Source of the DNA: Perna viridis
Taxonomy: Eukaryota
Direction of reading: 5' to 3'
Length of the DNA stretch: 64,000 nucleotides
NCBI GenBank assembly: GCA_037379345.1
Contig: CM074524.1
Coordinates: 6,855,635-6,919,634 of the forward strand
The position numbers and the translations under genes were made by a program. Shown here one piece after another: positions 15,101 to 30,100 of the stretch; position 1 is the stretch's first letter; each line of letters begins with the position of its first letter. The notes beneath the pieces were generated by a model. The model had not been told where the DNA came from. It searched no databases and saw only the letters and a program-made list of their open reading frames with translations.

Positions 15101-18100
15101 CCTGATATGTCTTCAACCTGTCCCTTGGCCACACATCCATCAAACTAACCTTGCCTGATATGTCTTCAACCTGTCCCTTGGCCACACATCCATTAAACAA
15201 ACCTTGCCTGACCTGTCTTCAACCTGTCATTTGGCCATACATCTATTTAACTTACCTTCCCTGACCTGTCACCAACCTGTCCTATGGCCATACATCTATT
15301 TCATATACCTTCCCTGACTTGTTCCCAACATGACCTTTGGCCATACATCCGTTTTAACTAATTTTGCCTGACCTGTCTCCAGCCTGTCCTTTGGCTACAC
15401 ATCCATTAAACTAACTTTGTCTGATCTGTTGCCAACCTGTCCTATGGCCACACATCTGTTAGACTAACCTTGCCTGACCTGTCGCAAACCTGTGCTTTTG
15501 CCATACATCTATTTAACATACCTTTCCTGATATGTCTTCAACCTGTCATTTAGCCATACATCTATTTAACTTACCTTCCCTGACCTGTCCCCAACCTGTC
15601 CTTTGGCCACACATCCATTAAACTAACCTTGCTTGATATGTCTTCAACCTGTCATTTGGCCATACATCTACTTAACTTACCTTCCCTGACCTGTCCCCAA
15701 CCTGTCCTTTGGCCACACATCCATTAAACTGTCCTTGCCTGATATGTCTTCAACCTGTCATTTGGCCATACATCTATTTAACTTACCTTCCCTGACCTGT
15801 CCCCAACCTGTCCTTTGGCAACACATCCATTGACTAACAAATTATTTCCCTTTACTTTGGTTGAACTGTAGGTCAAGTCTATGCCACTGAAAATTAAGCA
15901 CACCAAAATTACAGTTTGTTCTACTGTGCACATTAAAAAATAGATGGTAAATGAATATTGGCACTTCAAAACAGTAATAGTTCATAATTTTATACATTTT
16001 AGAAGGCGATTAATATATGACTTCCTCAAAAATACATATCTACATTCATAAGAACTCTAGTTACATAAATGTATAATGTAGACTGAAAGAGGATCATATG
16101 TTTATAGGGTTTAACTGTGCCATGTATCACCTCGAAAGCCACATACCATTGGCAGAATTTCATATGGATCAGTACTTAATTCCATGTTTGAATTCTAGTA
16201 ATTCCATGTTTGAATTCTAGAAGTTTTACCTAGTTTCTAGAACAGGAGTGAAGCTATCTACAGGTTTGGCAGAATTCCCAAATTCATCTTGAAACTCTAG
16301 GGGAATCTGGAAAGGTACTCCAACTCTAAACGGTCCATCTAACATCCCTACTGCAAACTTCTTAGGATCACTCTCTACAATAATATCATTTGGAAAAAAA
16401 TGGGAGTTCAATTATTAGAAGTAGAATGCAGAAAATCTTGGAAATTCTATAACACAGAAATAGCCTTAAACAGATCAGACATGAATTTACAAATCAACAA
16501 ATTAAGCAGAAATTGACAGAATGGGAAGTAAACAGAAGGAAAAAAGAGAAACATAAAATTGGGATCTGAATTTGGTTTTAAAGCAGAAGAAAATAAAATC
16601 TAAGCCGATAACAAGTTAGACCAATTGATATCTAGACCTGCATTGCACTGCAGCTGCGATTTATCTTGCTGAGAAAAATATGATCAAGAAAAATTTATGG
16701 ATGGATATACAGAACTACAGAACATAATTCCCGTAAAAATGGAGAATCCAAATTTTCCTATTACAGTGAACCTTCTCCAAACCAGCCACTACAGGGACAA
16801 GAGGAAATGGCCCGTTTATAGGGGTGGCCCGTTTTGTGAAAAATAGCAATGCATTCTTGTATCCATTAACGTATTCCAAAAAACTACACTTTGTCAGTTT
16901 GTTGGTCAAGACATGTTTAATGCAAATTCAGAACTTTGGGCCTTTTATTAAATTTCAAAGCTTGCATCATTTGTAAATGATTTGATTTTACAAACGGTAC
17001 TGCCGACATAACAATGTTCACGCTTCTGAAAGAATGTGTATTAAAGATCAAAGGGCTATTTTAGTAAATAAACATTTGTATTATTTTTGTAAATTCCTTT
17101 AGTCTACTGTCCCCTTCAATCTCAATCTGTTCACTGATGAAATGCCACCCGGTCAGTGAATTATTAATTATGTAATATTACATAATCATTTACAGTTTTG
17201 TTGATACATATATTATAGGTAAATAACCGGGCAGCCGGAATTGAGGTTGTTTTTACATAATATGTAACTAAAACTGTGAAAAACCAGCTGATGTACGGTT
17301 TTAAGGGGTGGCTGGTCTATTGAAGACAATACACACAGGTTATAAGGTATATTGGCCGGGACTTTTGAAAACGGTTGGTTTGAAGGGTAGACTGGTAGAC
17401 CTGTTTTCTGAGGGTCCGGTTTAGAGAAGTTTCACTATATTATGCACAATTACATATGGTGTTCTTGCTAAATAATGAGTTTTGGGAATTCTGTCAAGTT
17501 GTTTCAGAGGAGTTGCAATGACAAGCTGATGTTTCATTATGTTACAGACATATGGGCAGACAGACGGATGGAATGAGTGCTCTTACTCCTGGACCTGCTT
17601 CCACCTTTGGCAAAGCAGGTAAAATGGGACTTAAGAAGATGACAGGTTTCAGTTTTTTATGCTAGATTTTGACACATTCCACTGTATTCTTACAGTGTTG
17701 GGTTTTGACACGTTCCACTGTATTCTTACAGTGTTGGGTTTTGACATATTCCACTGTATTTTTAGTTTTACTGACCTGTTACAGTAAATCTTATTTTGTG
17801 TGATGGAAGTTCCTTCCCTGAGTAGACTGTATTACCACTCTCATTCAGGACAACTTGTAAATGTAGTGTGTGGGCACCAAGGTTACGAATGTTCTCTGTA
17901 AACAAAATTTTTAAAAATACATGTAAGACCTACATTTTTATGGCAATTCCAATTACTGAAATACATATATTGATACAAATCGTAATTTGTCCACAATATC
18001 TTAATATGTATTGTTTGTGTTTCTGGTGTGCCGTTGCAGCCATGAATGTCACAATTTTCACCATAATGGTGTGCCAACCAGCACACAACTATTGATCAAT

Positions 18101-21100
18101 TGCAATTATACTTATATCAGAAAGTATTATTCCAACACTTCATCTTAGTGTAAACCGGGTTAATCGGTAATTCATCAGCATTGCACTTGAAGGTACAAAA
18201 AAATCAGGTCTGCTATATACGAACTGTCTATAATTACACTTTCACATCACATTTTAAGAAATATAAACATGAAGTTGCATGTGCAAATCCCTAAACATAC
18301 AATAATTTGATATCTGAAAATTGCTTACAACATATGCCCCATCTATATGAAGGTACACACCAAATTTGAAATCAATCCATCTATTGGGAGCCAAGATAAT
18401 TGCAACACAAATTTGGATGGACAGAGTGAAGGATGGACAAGGTCATTCCAATATACCAACCACTCACTGTGTGGGAGTATAACTAATGCCATACTTACCC
18501 ATTTTCCTAAACCAGTAACCCCAATTTTTACTGAATTGACTTATATGTGATACCATCACCTCATCTCTTGAAGGTCCTGTAAAAAAATGAAATCCTAAAA
18601 AATCGTATACAACCAGAAATACTGATCAATTTACATTCTGATAATTCACTTAGTATTAAGAGTTGCAGAATCTAGAATTCTTACTTCCTGTTACTTGAAT
18701 GAAGTTTACCCATGGGAAAATATTGCAGGTACATGTAGAATTTGTTGGTGGAAATATCATTTTTCTTGCCCAACTTTCCAGTCACATCAAAGGAAGAAAC
18801 TTCCCAATATTTTTGAATACCGACTTAAGTACCCCAAGAATCTTGTTAAGTATTTATTCCACAATTTATTTTGTTTTTAATTTCGCTACAAAGTAAAATT
18901 CAAGAATGACAAAATTGATGTTGGTGCTTGCTTAAGGACTTCAAATAATTCAACATACCTGAGTGTTAATCATTTTTTATGTAAAATTTAGAAATATGAA
19001 AACGTATCACTGTCTAAAAGGTTGCTAACACTTCATCTTTTATCTGATACACGAAGGTTTTATTTCTTACCATGCCAAATGATTTTCAGTTCAACTAACA
19101 ATCTCTTGGATGAAGTAGCATTTCCAGGAAGTTTACTGATTGTCTCCCCTTTCTTGTTTGCTATCTCTAACTTTATTGCACCTGCAAAGAAGGGTAGTAA
19201 CAAAATTGTTGAACTGACAAAGTCTAGGCAATAGTCAAAGGGAAAGTCTGTAAAACAGATGACAATATCAGGTTGTAAACCAATAAGTCAGAGACCACCG
19301 CAATAATCCTGACTTGTTTCATTTCAGTTTTAAAACAGAAAAGGTATTGCAAATTCTGAACTTAATGCAGTTTTGCTATTTTAATCAACAATGCTATTAC
19401 ACTGTAACAGTCTTTCCAAAGGTTCAGTTTTTTTTTTCAGGACATTCGATCCAGTGACGACATACTATTTTTAGGACAGAACTAAGTTTTATCGTCCATT
19501 TAGACCTAAATCAAGAATGACTAATATTGGAAATTTTCTGAACTTCCGGTCTGGCATTCCGTATTTTTTTACCAGTCCTTTCACATTTTTTACCGCTGAT
19601 ATCCGATGGTCCAACGAACCTTCAGAAAGACTGTTGTAAAACTCGTTACCAAAGGGACATATGAACACATACTATGAGGAAAAGGGACCTAACGACTCAG
19701 CTTCAAAAAAAAAAACAATGAACCAACTACGTAACTACTAAACTGGCAGTAAAATTGATAATGAAGTCTTTTTATTCCTTTTATTCAAGAATATGAAATT
19801 GTCAGATGAGCTAAGAATTGCAGAAAGCCCAAAATGATTCAATCAGTGAAGCTTCAGTGGCTGAATTCACAAAATTTTGAGTGTAAAACTAGTAAGTTAT
19901 GATGTCACAATACTATTTTTGACCCTCATGAATTTTTGTGAAATACATGTAGACCACTGTTTTACTATTACAAGTAATAATATGTATCTTTCCCCTAGAT
20001 AAAAAATTTTCTGTTATACATGTTGAATAAATAAAAAACAGATACAAAATATACATACATGTAAATACTAAGCAAATAAGGGCAAAAATACAGAAATACA
20101 TGTACAGGGATAAAAATTAGCAGTCACCCAGTAGCCACGCTAGATTTTGAACTGGGCTACCATACTTTTTGAGTAAAATTTAGTTGAACGTATGGAATAT
20201 ATTCAACAAAAATATGGTCTGGGCTACCAGCGTGTATTTTCTAATTTTTACTCCTGATGTATCAAAAGAATACACACCAATAGTTTCTCCAGCAGCTCTG
20301 CTTTCATTCTGTTTCACTTCATGTCCTTCTGGCCATGATACACACAAGACAGAAGGTAATCTGAAAAAGAACAATCAATTTTAAAGCAACATGAATTAGC
20401 TCCTGTTGTTGTGCTAGGTATATCACCGATCTTACAGGAAGTTGATACCAAAATCCTTTACAATGCATGACCCATCTATAAGAAACCAAACACCAAATTT
20501 GAAACAAATCCATCAATTGGGAGATCTTTGTGTTGAAAATTTTCTCAATCATTCCATATCATGACAAAGTCCCACAAAATAGGAAGTTGAAATGGGACAG
20601 TAACCAAATCACTTACAACACATGCCCCATCTATATAAAGCCTCACACTAAATTTTAAATCAATCTATCCAGAGCAAGTCACATTAACTGCCATGAAATT
20701 CAGATGGACGGAATGACGAATATGGTGATCACAATACACAACACACTTTTTAACTGGGTGTTTAATCTATACAACAGGAACTTGCCACATCAATTTAATT
20801 TGTAGATTCTCATCCACCAGCAACTAAAACAATGGGGTGGCACCGAGGATTTTATTTTTTATTTTTCCAAGATATGTAAAACATTATTTCCGCTAAGAAA
20901 CTTGTTAATGTGTACTTTTGGTTATGTTTGTGCCCCACCAAGGCTTTATTGCTTTAATTCCCCTTATAATGCAACTAACAATGAAAACCATCCTGAGATC
21001 TGACCAAAAATATTAAGATATTCTGTAAACATATACGTTACCAGTTTTTTTACCGGAAGTCTATAGTAATGTGTAGAAGTAGAGTCATGACGGATATGGA

Positions 21101-24100
21101 CATAAAAGAAATCTGTTAATTTGAACCGTCGAAAAAAAAATACATTTAAAAGGCCAGTCCTTCGAGTAGGCGTGGGTGGGATGAGAATATACAAATCAAC
21201 TTGTTGAGGCCTTGCATATTAAAACCCAAAGAACATAATTTACAGGTATATTATTAAAACATTTTCCCAATAAAGATACCCAAACATCCCCACTTAAATA
21301 TTTCTTCAAAATAAAAAAACAGTAAAAAAAGCTGAGAAATTAACACCTACAGCATACTAAAATCTTGCCATGATATCAAGTAACCATCATAAGTAGTCGC
21401 AGAGAACACTATTGTGGAAAATGCATGATGGACTGACAGATGGGCAAACAAGAGCAAAACAAAATATCCCTCCTTCAAAGCAGGGGCATCAATATAGTTT
21501 CTACTTCAGTAATGAGTGGTTTAAATTATTTCTCCACTGGAGATGGTAAAATTTACAATTTACACACTTATCTTTAACGAGCATATTAAAATCTTAATTT
21601 TGCAATAGAGAGTGAAGAAGTCATTTGAATTAAGAATGGACTGAAGCAGAATCAGTTTCTCCCATGAAATCTGTAGAAAACTTTGATAATGTAAAATGGT
21701 GAGAAATTTCTTGCAGAAATTTATTCACCAACAGGTGGTTCAAAAGTCACATGCATTTTTTAATCACTGGCTTGGAATGGGAAAAAAAAGGTAGTAAACA
21801 TACTTTGCTTCTTCCTCTTCAAGGCATCTCCTAATTAAATGAGAAGAAGCCAGTCTGTCTAGCTTTGAGAGAGGGACAACTTTCACGTCATCGTACAAAG
21901 ACTTTGGTTCCTGTATCACCTCAAGGTCACCTCCAGTAGCGAAAACATCTCCATCATATTCTCCATATAGTAAGAATCTCTTTATGGTTCCAAGGAGTAA
22001 AGGAACTGTACGAGTAATCCTGACCTGAAATGTAATAAGGTTAAATACCATTATATCACCACCGATGAGAAAATAAGGAGACTGACCATTGTGCAAATAC
22101 ATTATAGGTATTGCAAATCTCAGTCATCCTAGGGTATGAATGTTCAATCTTCCTATAATAAGCATATGCAGACAGTGTTTACAATGGAACAAGCTGGAGG
22201 CCAATTTGCATGCTTCAAACACCTGCTTTTTCTGTGAAAATGGAAAATGTTACAAATCATTCAATTAAAAATTAAAAGATTTGTCCTTTCAGGAGAAAAC
22301 AAGGTGAAAACATTGGCAGAGTTTACAACAATCTTGTCTTACCAAAGGGTTCTATGATTTCCCAATCTTACATGAAAATAATTGATATTTGATTCTTTTT
22401 TTTTATATAATTTTCAATTTGATTTTAGATTAAATGTTTTGAACTGAATTGACATATTACAATTAATCTTGACATGTCTATGTGACCATCCATATAGATC
22501 ACTTAAAGACACTGGATCATAAAACTAAACGAAATGATAAATCAACTGTTATCCTCAGCAAATTCTGGAATTTTAAACATAAATTGGTAAGATACATGTA
22601 TAATTTATTTTTATTTTACTTTAGTATACCAAGTTTTTACCTTTTAAATGTTAAAATCTTGTCTTCCTTCAAAGTACACCAAGTGTGGGTATCATTTCTG
22701 TGTTAAGATGATTGATTGAATGTGGTTTAATGTTCTATGGCAGATACTTCAAGCATTTATAGATAAGAACTATCAAACACACCCTATTGTGTACTAGATT
22801 GACATGATGAGCCAATCAAACACACCCTACTGTGTACCAGTTTGAAATGCTGAGCCAGATCTTATACTAGCACACAGAAACAATCACCCACAGGTACGCA
22901 TGCCACCCACAGACACACTTTTATGACTCCAAGGCAACCAGTTGCCACTCTATCCCCTAAATACCAAGTGCTCATAGAAGCAGAGACTACCATCTTTTAA
23001 GTCTTTGGTATGACTCAGCCTTGACCTATGACCTCCCACACTTGATGCAAGCATACTACCACAAGACTACTATGGTAGTTTTTAGTATAGTAAATTTTAC
23101 ACTGCTACTACAATACCAAAATATAAATAAGGTGAAAGACCCCTGTACACCCTAGTCAGGTGGTGATGGTGGGGTTATTGTATAAATCCTGGCTATTGAT
23201 AAACAAATAAAAAAAAAAAAAAAAAAACACTGTTGAAGCACTTCAATTCGCAAATACCAATTTTTTGCAAATTTGGGAAGAACAACAAATTCATGAATTC
23301 TTGAATTTGTGGTTTTAAGATATTTAGTATACATATCAATATGACTCCTTTTCATTGGGAACCGCAATTTCATGGTTTGACCAACCCATGAAAACCAGGA
23401 AAATTCGAACCCCACAAATTATAGTACTTTCACTGAGACCATTATGACAGTTTGGAGTCAAAAAAATTTGTTCACTGCTGATACAATACATACATACATG
23501 TAAATTGTAGAACAACTTCTCACTATGGGCGATTCCAGAATTAATTGTGGGGGGTGGGGGGTTCCAAAACCTCATTAAAGTTTGATGGGCAGTTGTTATT
23601 TAAAATAAATGCCTTAACAGCGAAAGAAAATAATTAAAATTGTATGCACGGTGGGGTCAAATAAGTAAAATTGTATGCACGGTGGGGTCAAATAAAAGTG
23701 CCTCCTGACACCTCCCCCTTTACATTTATTTCTGGAATAGCCCTAATCCTTACTAGTTGGCCTTTCTTGAAGACTTTTCCATCCCATTCTACTTGTTGGA
23801 ACTCAGCCCAGGGTGTCTGCCTTTGTTTAGGTAGATCTGTTCTGACAACCTGACCTTTGAAATCTGTGAAATGTATCTGTTTGTCACAATGTTCATGACA
23901 TTCTTTCAACCAGTGTAAAAATTCCTTGTCAATGGCAGTTCTTTTTTCCTACAAGTATATCATATTTAGGATACTTATATTGCAATATTTATTTTCTTTT
24001 TCATACATGTATCATGCAATACAACTATTTCATGGTAAAGTTTTATTTGATAATTTACTAAAATCTACATAGTATTCTAGTATTATGAGAAATACATCAT

Positions 24101-27100
24101 AGATAAGCATTAAACACTTCCTCACCTGACCATTTGATATCCTGTGGTAGACTGTATTCTTCTCTTTCATTCTCATTTCAAGGTCAATAAAGGTCAACTT
24201 GTTGGTACTGACTTGGAAATGATCATTTGTGAACAGTACACCTGATATTCTGAAAATGAGCAAAATTTGAATTTGGAACAGACAAGCTAAAGTTGAATTA
24301 TTTCCCTTATATCAAATCAGGATTGTTTATGCAAAATATACAATTTTAATTAAAGATGATTCACTTTTTAAATTTCCACACTTGATACTGCAATTTTTCA
24401 ATTTGTAAAGGATTTTTATAAACAATATACATTGGATGACCTTATGAATTTTGTTAAAAAATGGGAATATTTGTGTAATTATCATCACATGCATTTCAAA
24501 AGTTACAGACCCATGTACATGTAATATGCAACATTTCATGGGCTGCAACTGTTTAGATAATATTCTAATGTTCAATAGTTGCACTTTTATTTGGAAGGAG
24601 AAGTCTGGTATACCTGTTATAGCATTCTAATGGTAAGGTCTTTCCTTTCTTGGGTTCAGCACACCAATCAAAACTACAAAACAAGCAATGAAGTCATATA
24701 AATACAATAAGGGCAGTAAATGCATGCACTGATTTCAAAATTTTTTTTTTTTAGAATTTTGCTATTGTTTTGAGTGAACAAGATAAGCATGTACATACAA
24801 AAAATATTCAAGCAGTATTTAAAATCAACAGCAGTTAAGAAGTTCGCACTCAGTGACTTTGGGTGAACTACAGTAACTGTTTTTTTTGCAGAGTTAAGTT
24901 CAAACTACTCAAACAATTGGACACAACAAAATTCTTAGCATGAAGACAATCAATGGGCCAAAAAATTAAATTAATAACACATGTATACATATCTCTCAAA
25001 ACGTTTTGGAGCTACACATGTATAATCCTATGTGCTGACAGACAGACAGACAGATAGTAGCATACCACACTATCACAGTTAAAAGACAGGTATTGAAAAA
25101 AATATAACGCAAGTCATACTCATCAATAAAGGTGTAAGGAATAAGCCTCCCATTCCAGTAGCATTCAAATATGGGTCTTCTTCCTCTCGCTGGTCTCTCA
25201 CTAGCAGCATAGTCATGTTCATCAAATACTTCTGGCTCACCTTAAATAACATGTGATACAGTAACACAATGTAATAGTCACACTAAAATATATCCTCTCA
25301 CACTATGCAAGGTATAATTCTTTTGAAAAATTCTAAAATTACTTTATGTAAGACCAATCAAAGTTAATACCTCAGTTCTCAAGCCCCTTTTCATGCAACC
25401 ACTGTGGAAAAGAGATAAAAATTGGTAATGAGGCACTATCAATAGAGACAAAAGAGAGTCTAGGAACCTAGAAATAATATTTTACTGGCCTAAAATGCAT
25501 GTAAATGCAGATAAACAAATACATACTTCTTGGGTCATACATGTCTGATGGGAACGTTTCCTTATCGTACAGAAAGGGGTGGTATCGTATGATGCCTTCT
25601 ACCACACCCTGCCCCTCCACCGTCGCCTTGAAGTCAAACACACTGGCACAATTCCTGACATACAGAGTCTGCATGTCATCATATACATCACGAAGATTGA
25701 TAACCTGAGGAACTGGATGTTTTGGTGTGTATAACTTCACCTATTAGAACAAGTAACATACTGATTAAGATTACAAAAAAAATAATAAATTGCATATTAA
25801 ATGTTACAATAGCAATTGGGTGAAAACTGTACTGTAGTGGAAAATTTGAAAGCACTGTTCACATCAGAGAATTTACAAATGTGTAAATGGAGCCAGTAAA
25901 ACAAGCATTTATTTGGCCTTACAGGGGTTTAAATAAGGATTCTCCCACTGGTCTGTGGCATGCAAATTTTATAACAGGCAAGTCATAGTTAAATAGATCT
26001 CACTGGGTTTTGAACGTTTTTTTTTTCAGTTCAATATATGAAAAGAACAGGTTAACTTCACTCCAGGCCAGTTTAGTTTCGCAAAACTTGCCCACTTGAT
26101 CAGTGGGGCTTGTTTTTCAAATTTCTACCTGTTTTAATATCTTCAAACCAAAGTTCTCAGAATTTTATAGAATGTTTACTACCTCAATATCTATACTAGC
26201 AAACGGACTTGGAGCTCTGTTGTTTCTGACAGAAGTTTCATCCACATTTCCCTGAGGTCCATGAATGTAGTAGTGGTAAATATGCCTATACGAAAAACAA
26301 ATAAATATGCACTTAAGGCTTCACAATCTTAAAACTCTTGGTTCTCAGACCCTCTTCATGGTAAGGGCTGTTCCATTAAAAGATATGAGGTAACCGGGGA
26401 AGGCACTTTTTCACAAGGGGAGCCACCCATAGATGTTCTATTGATGTTTAGTATTAAACTTTATATTTTGTCAAGAGACCTGAACACTCACCCGTATACA
26501 AAGAATAAAAGTGCCTCCCCCTCCCTCATGATTTTCATTTTAGCAATAAAATGGAAAAAAGAAATACCTACTTCCTTCAAGTTCATGAAAATTATTCGAT
26601 ACCCAAATATAAATTTTAAAGAGCCTTACAAATATTTAGTCTAGTGGCCTAACAAGATTCCTGAATTTCATGCAAATAGGTTTTCATGAAAATGGCTGGA
26701 GAACCAAATATTGAATTGTAATAGCCTTACAAATGAAGAAGGCAAAGTAAAGCCTATTAACAGTGATGATTTTATGATGTCTTCAAACAAAGCAGAAATT
26801 TGCAAAAAATGGGAAGTAAATATACAGTAACAAAAAATTGTAACAGTAAAATCAGGAATAGTGGAATTCTGCTAAAAAGCAGGAAAAAAATCATCCCTGT
26901 ATTAATGTTATAGCTACATCTTTGTCTTATCTGCTGATACCAAGTAATATTATCAACATATTATTTGAAGAAAATAATTAAAAATTATTTACAAAACCAA
27001 TGTACTGACTGAGAGATTAGTCATGCCTTTAATTATCTAACCTGAAATAAAACTCAAATTTTTGGGGAAAATTAAATTCTTTTAAACAATACTCTTCTGC

Positions 27101-30100
27101 TGAATTTTTATTGAAATTTACTACTTGTATGGTAACAGAAGTCATAACATTATCAATGAACCTACGCCAGTTGTCTGGTCCAATCTGTAACTCTTGTCTT
27201 TAGAAATACAATGTGATCTGGATTAATATTCTTTATCTGTACCACTGTAAAGCTGTCTTTCTTCTTTTCTTCTGTTATCACTTCTTTAAGGACTTCATCA
27301 TCAACATGTGTAGAATCACCTGGCTAAATTACAAAGCTTAGGATCAATTACATTCATATACATACTTCACCACCAACATGTGTTGAGTCACCTAGCTAAA
27401 TCAGAAAGTTCAGAATCAAATTACATTCATATACAAGAATATAGAATTATTTTTATATAGATGTAAGAACTTCAACATGTATGAGTCATCTAGCTAAATC
27501 AGAAAGTTCAAGATCAAATTACATTCATACACATGTAAGAAATTTTATCTTAAAAATGTATGGAGTCATCTGGCTGAATCAGAGAGTTCAAGATCAATTT
27601 ACATTCATATACATGCAAAACTCTGATCAACATGTATGGAGCCACCTGGCAAACTCAAAAAGTTCAGGATCAATTCACATAAAACATGTAGGAAAAAAAA
27701 CCTCTGCAAATCTCCTGCTTCTTGAAAATTTTGAGAGTGAAATCTCCCTCTCAAGAATTTTCTAAAGTAAATACATATGCAATCCAAATTTTTTGCTGTA
27801 TTTAAAGAACAACAGATTTATATTCAGTAACAGTGCTTGTCTTAAGCCACTAGCACGAAACCCTGGGCTAGTAAAAACTAGTTCGGGCTAGTGAAATGTT
27901 GTGTACTTTCCTTGTTTCAGGCTAGTAGAATCCTATACAGTCCTCCAATATTTGGGCTAGTTATTGAAAGTTTTGAAGAAAAGGACTGCAGTAAAGCGTA
28001 ATTTGCAGTCAAATTTGAGAAACTACAGAAACCTTTAAAGGTAAACGCCTCTTTGTAAATACTACCTTTCTGTTATGTATAAAACCACTATAAATAGCCT
28101 CCTGATTGAGTTCTTTCTGCTGGAATTCATCTTTAGATATTGTCAGTTCATGGACATCCTTGGATTCTTTAGATTTAGAAATCATCTGGAAAATATAACA
28201 TAAAGTAACATGCATTGTCATTCAAACAAAAAATCATCTAGAAAAAATGACATCAAGAACAATCTAGTTAAATGCACTGTCATTCAAACAAAAATTTGAT
28301 ATCAGATAGCAACTAGAAATGCTTCTAACATATGCCCTTTCTATACTTCAGCCCTAATTTAGCAGGTCCAAACACAAAAAGGAAATTGGCTAAGTCTAAA
28401 GCAAACATAAATGTACAGTGACAGTAATAAGGAAAGGCAGAGGCCATACGCCCATTGAAGTTGAAAATGACCCATTTAAATTAGAGGATTTTACTAAGAA
28501 TGTTAGTAAATGACCCACTGACAGCTTGAATACTTGTAATAAATGCTGTAAATAGCTCACTTAAAAACAAATCTTTCCAAACCACTGCAGTGATGAAAGA
28601 ATCATAACAATAAAATGCTGATTTGAAAAATTGGAATTCTGCTTTAAAGCGGATCTGTTGTAAAGCAGCATCCAAACTTTGAAATCTATCCTATTATTGG
28701 CAGTCAGGATAATTGTGACAAAATTCAAACATACCAACTAGGAAATCTATCCTAATAGACAGGTAAACATGGTGATTCTGAAATACCATCCACTTTTTAA
28801 GTAGGGTATAACTAGATTATATGTTAGGAATACAAAATAGAAACTACATGTACTTTCAGTTGCACATACAAATTCTGTAATATGTGATATACCCCCAAAA
28901 AGCTACACATTTTTATTTTTTTCTTTACAGGTCTATATGATGAAAAGTATAATCAACCATTCCAATCTGTCTACTCTTAGGAGATAATCAACATTGGAAA
29001 TCAAATGCATTCTTTAGTATTTTAGTCATTTTTAGAGTTATCTCCCTTAATATTGAATTTACAGTATATGCTCTGTATCTCTTATGAACAAGAGTTCTAT
29101 GAAAAACCATGTTATTTTCTGCTTACTTAAGCATCTTAAACAAAATATCAAAAAATAAAAATATATAGGCTTTCCAACCATGTATCACATTCTGCATGAT
29201 TCTTAGCTGGAGTGCTACTTAACTCCTGGTGACACTGTCTCCTGGACAGTTGTTTTCTGTCATATCTTTCATACCTTCAATGTTGGTTGAATGATTGATA
29301 ATTGATAGAAAGTAGTTTTGTGTCTTGTGATAATCATTTTATACACTTTATAACAGAAACATTTAACCAATTGAATAGACCCTGATTTTTAATAATAATA
29401 AGATAATTAATTGGAAATGGTGAATAATCAAAATACTATCATGAGTTCCAAATAACAACTAGATTAAATGAGTGGCGTGCACAAGTTAAATCTTAATGCG
29501 TTCTTGGTACGAGTTATCATACCTTGGTAATAAAAATGTCATGTTGTAATGATATTAAGGTTATTCTATTTATTATAAAGATTTTCTCCCTTATTTGATG
29601 CTATTTTCAATATAAAATTCAAATTTTTTTAACCGTGAATTGATATACATGTTGCAATGTTTTGGTGGAAAAAAGGCGAGAGTGAAATTACCAAATTTAT
29701 TTTACATTGTGAATTATCGAAAAAAAATTTGACATAGAGAACATTGGGTAAATCACTTCTATCTATAGAATAACAATAATAATAATACTTAGTACTTTAT
29801 TTCAAGAGGGTAACACAGTTAGTTTACAACTAATCTTTCCTCAGACCCTCACACAAAAACAAAAATGTAAGGTTAATTAAATGCATGGCAACATAGTTAT
29901 CATTTTACATTATAGTACATGTAAATACAGTTGGATTATTCTTTTGCCTGTTGTTCTAATAGGAAGATTTTTAATTTCTGCTTAAAAAAGACTTATCCAT
30001 TTTACACTTCTTCTTTCATTTAGGAGGGTATTTCAATGAGATCAGTGTTCTCCCCAGGCCATTTTAGTGCTATACTTTGCAGCACTATGATTTCTTAGCA

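Noticed and set aside
15090-15832. CRISPR-like regular repeat
   Set aside because: Eukaryotic locus, no unique spacers, and the unit derives from an exon end
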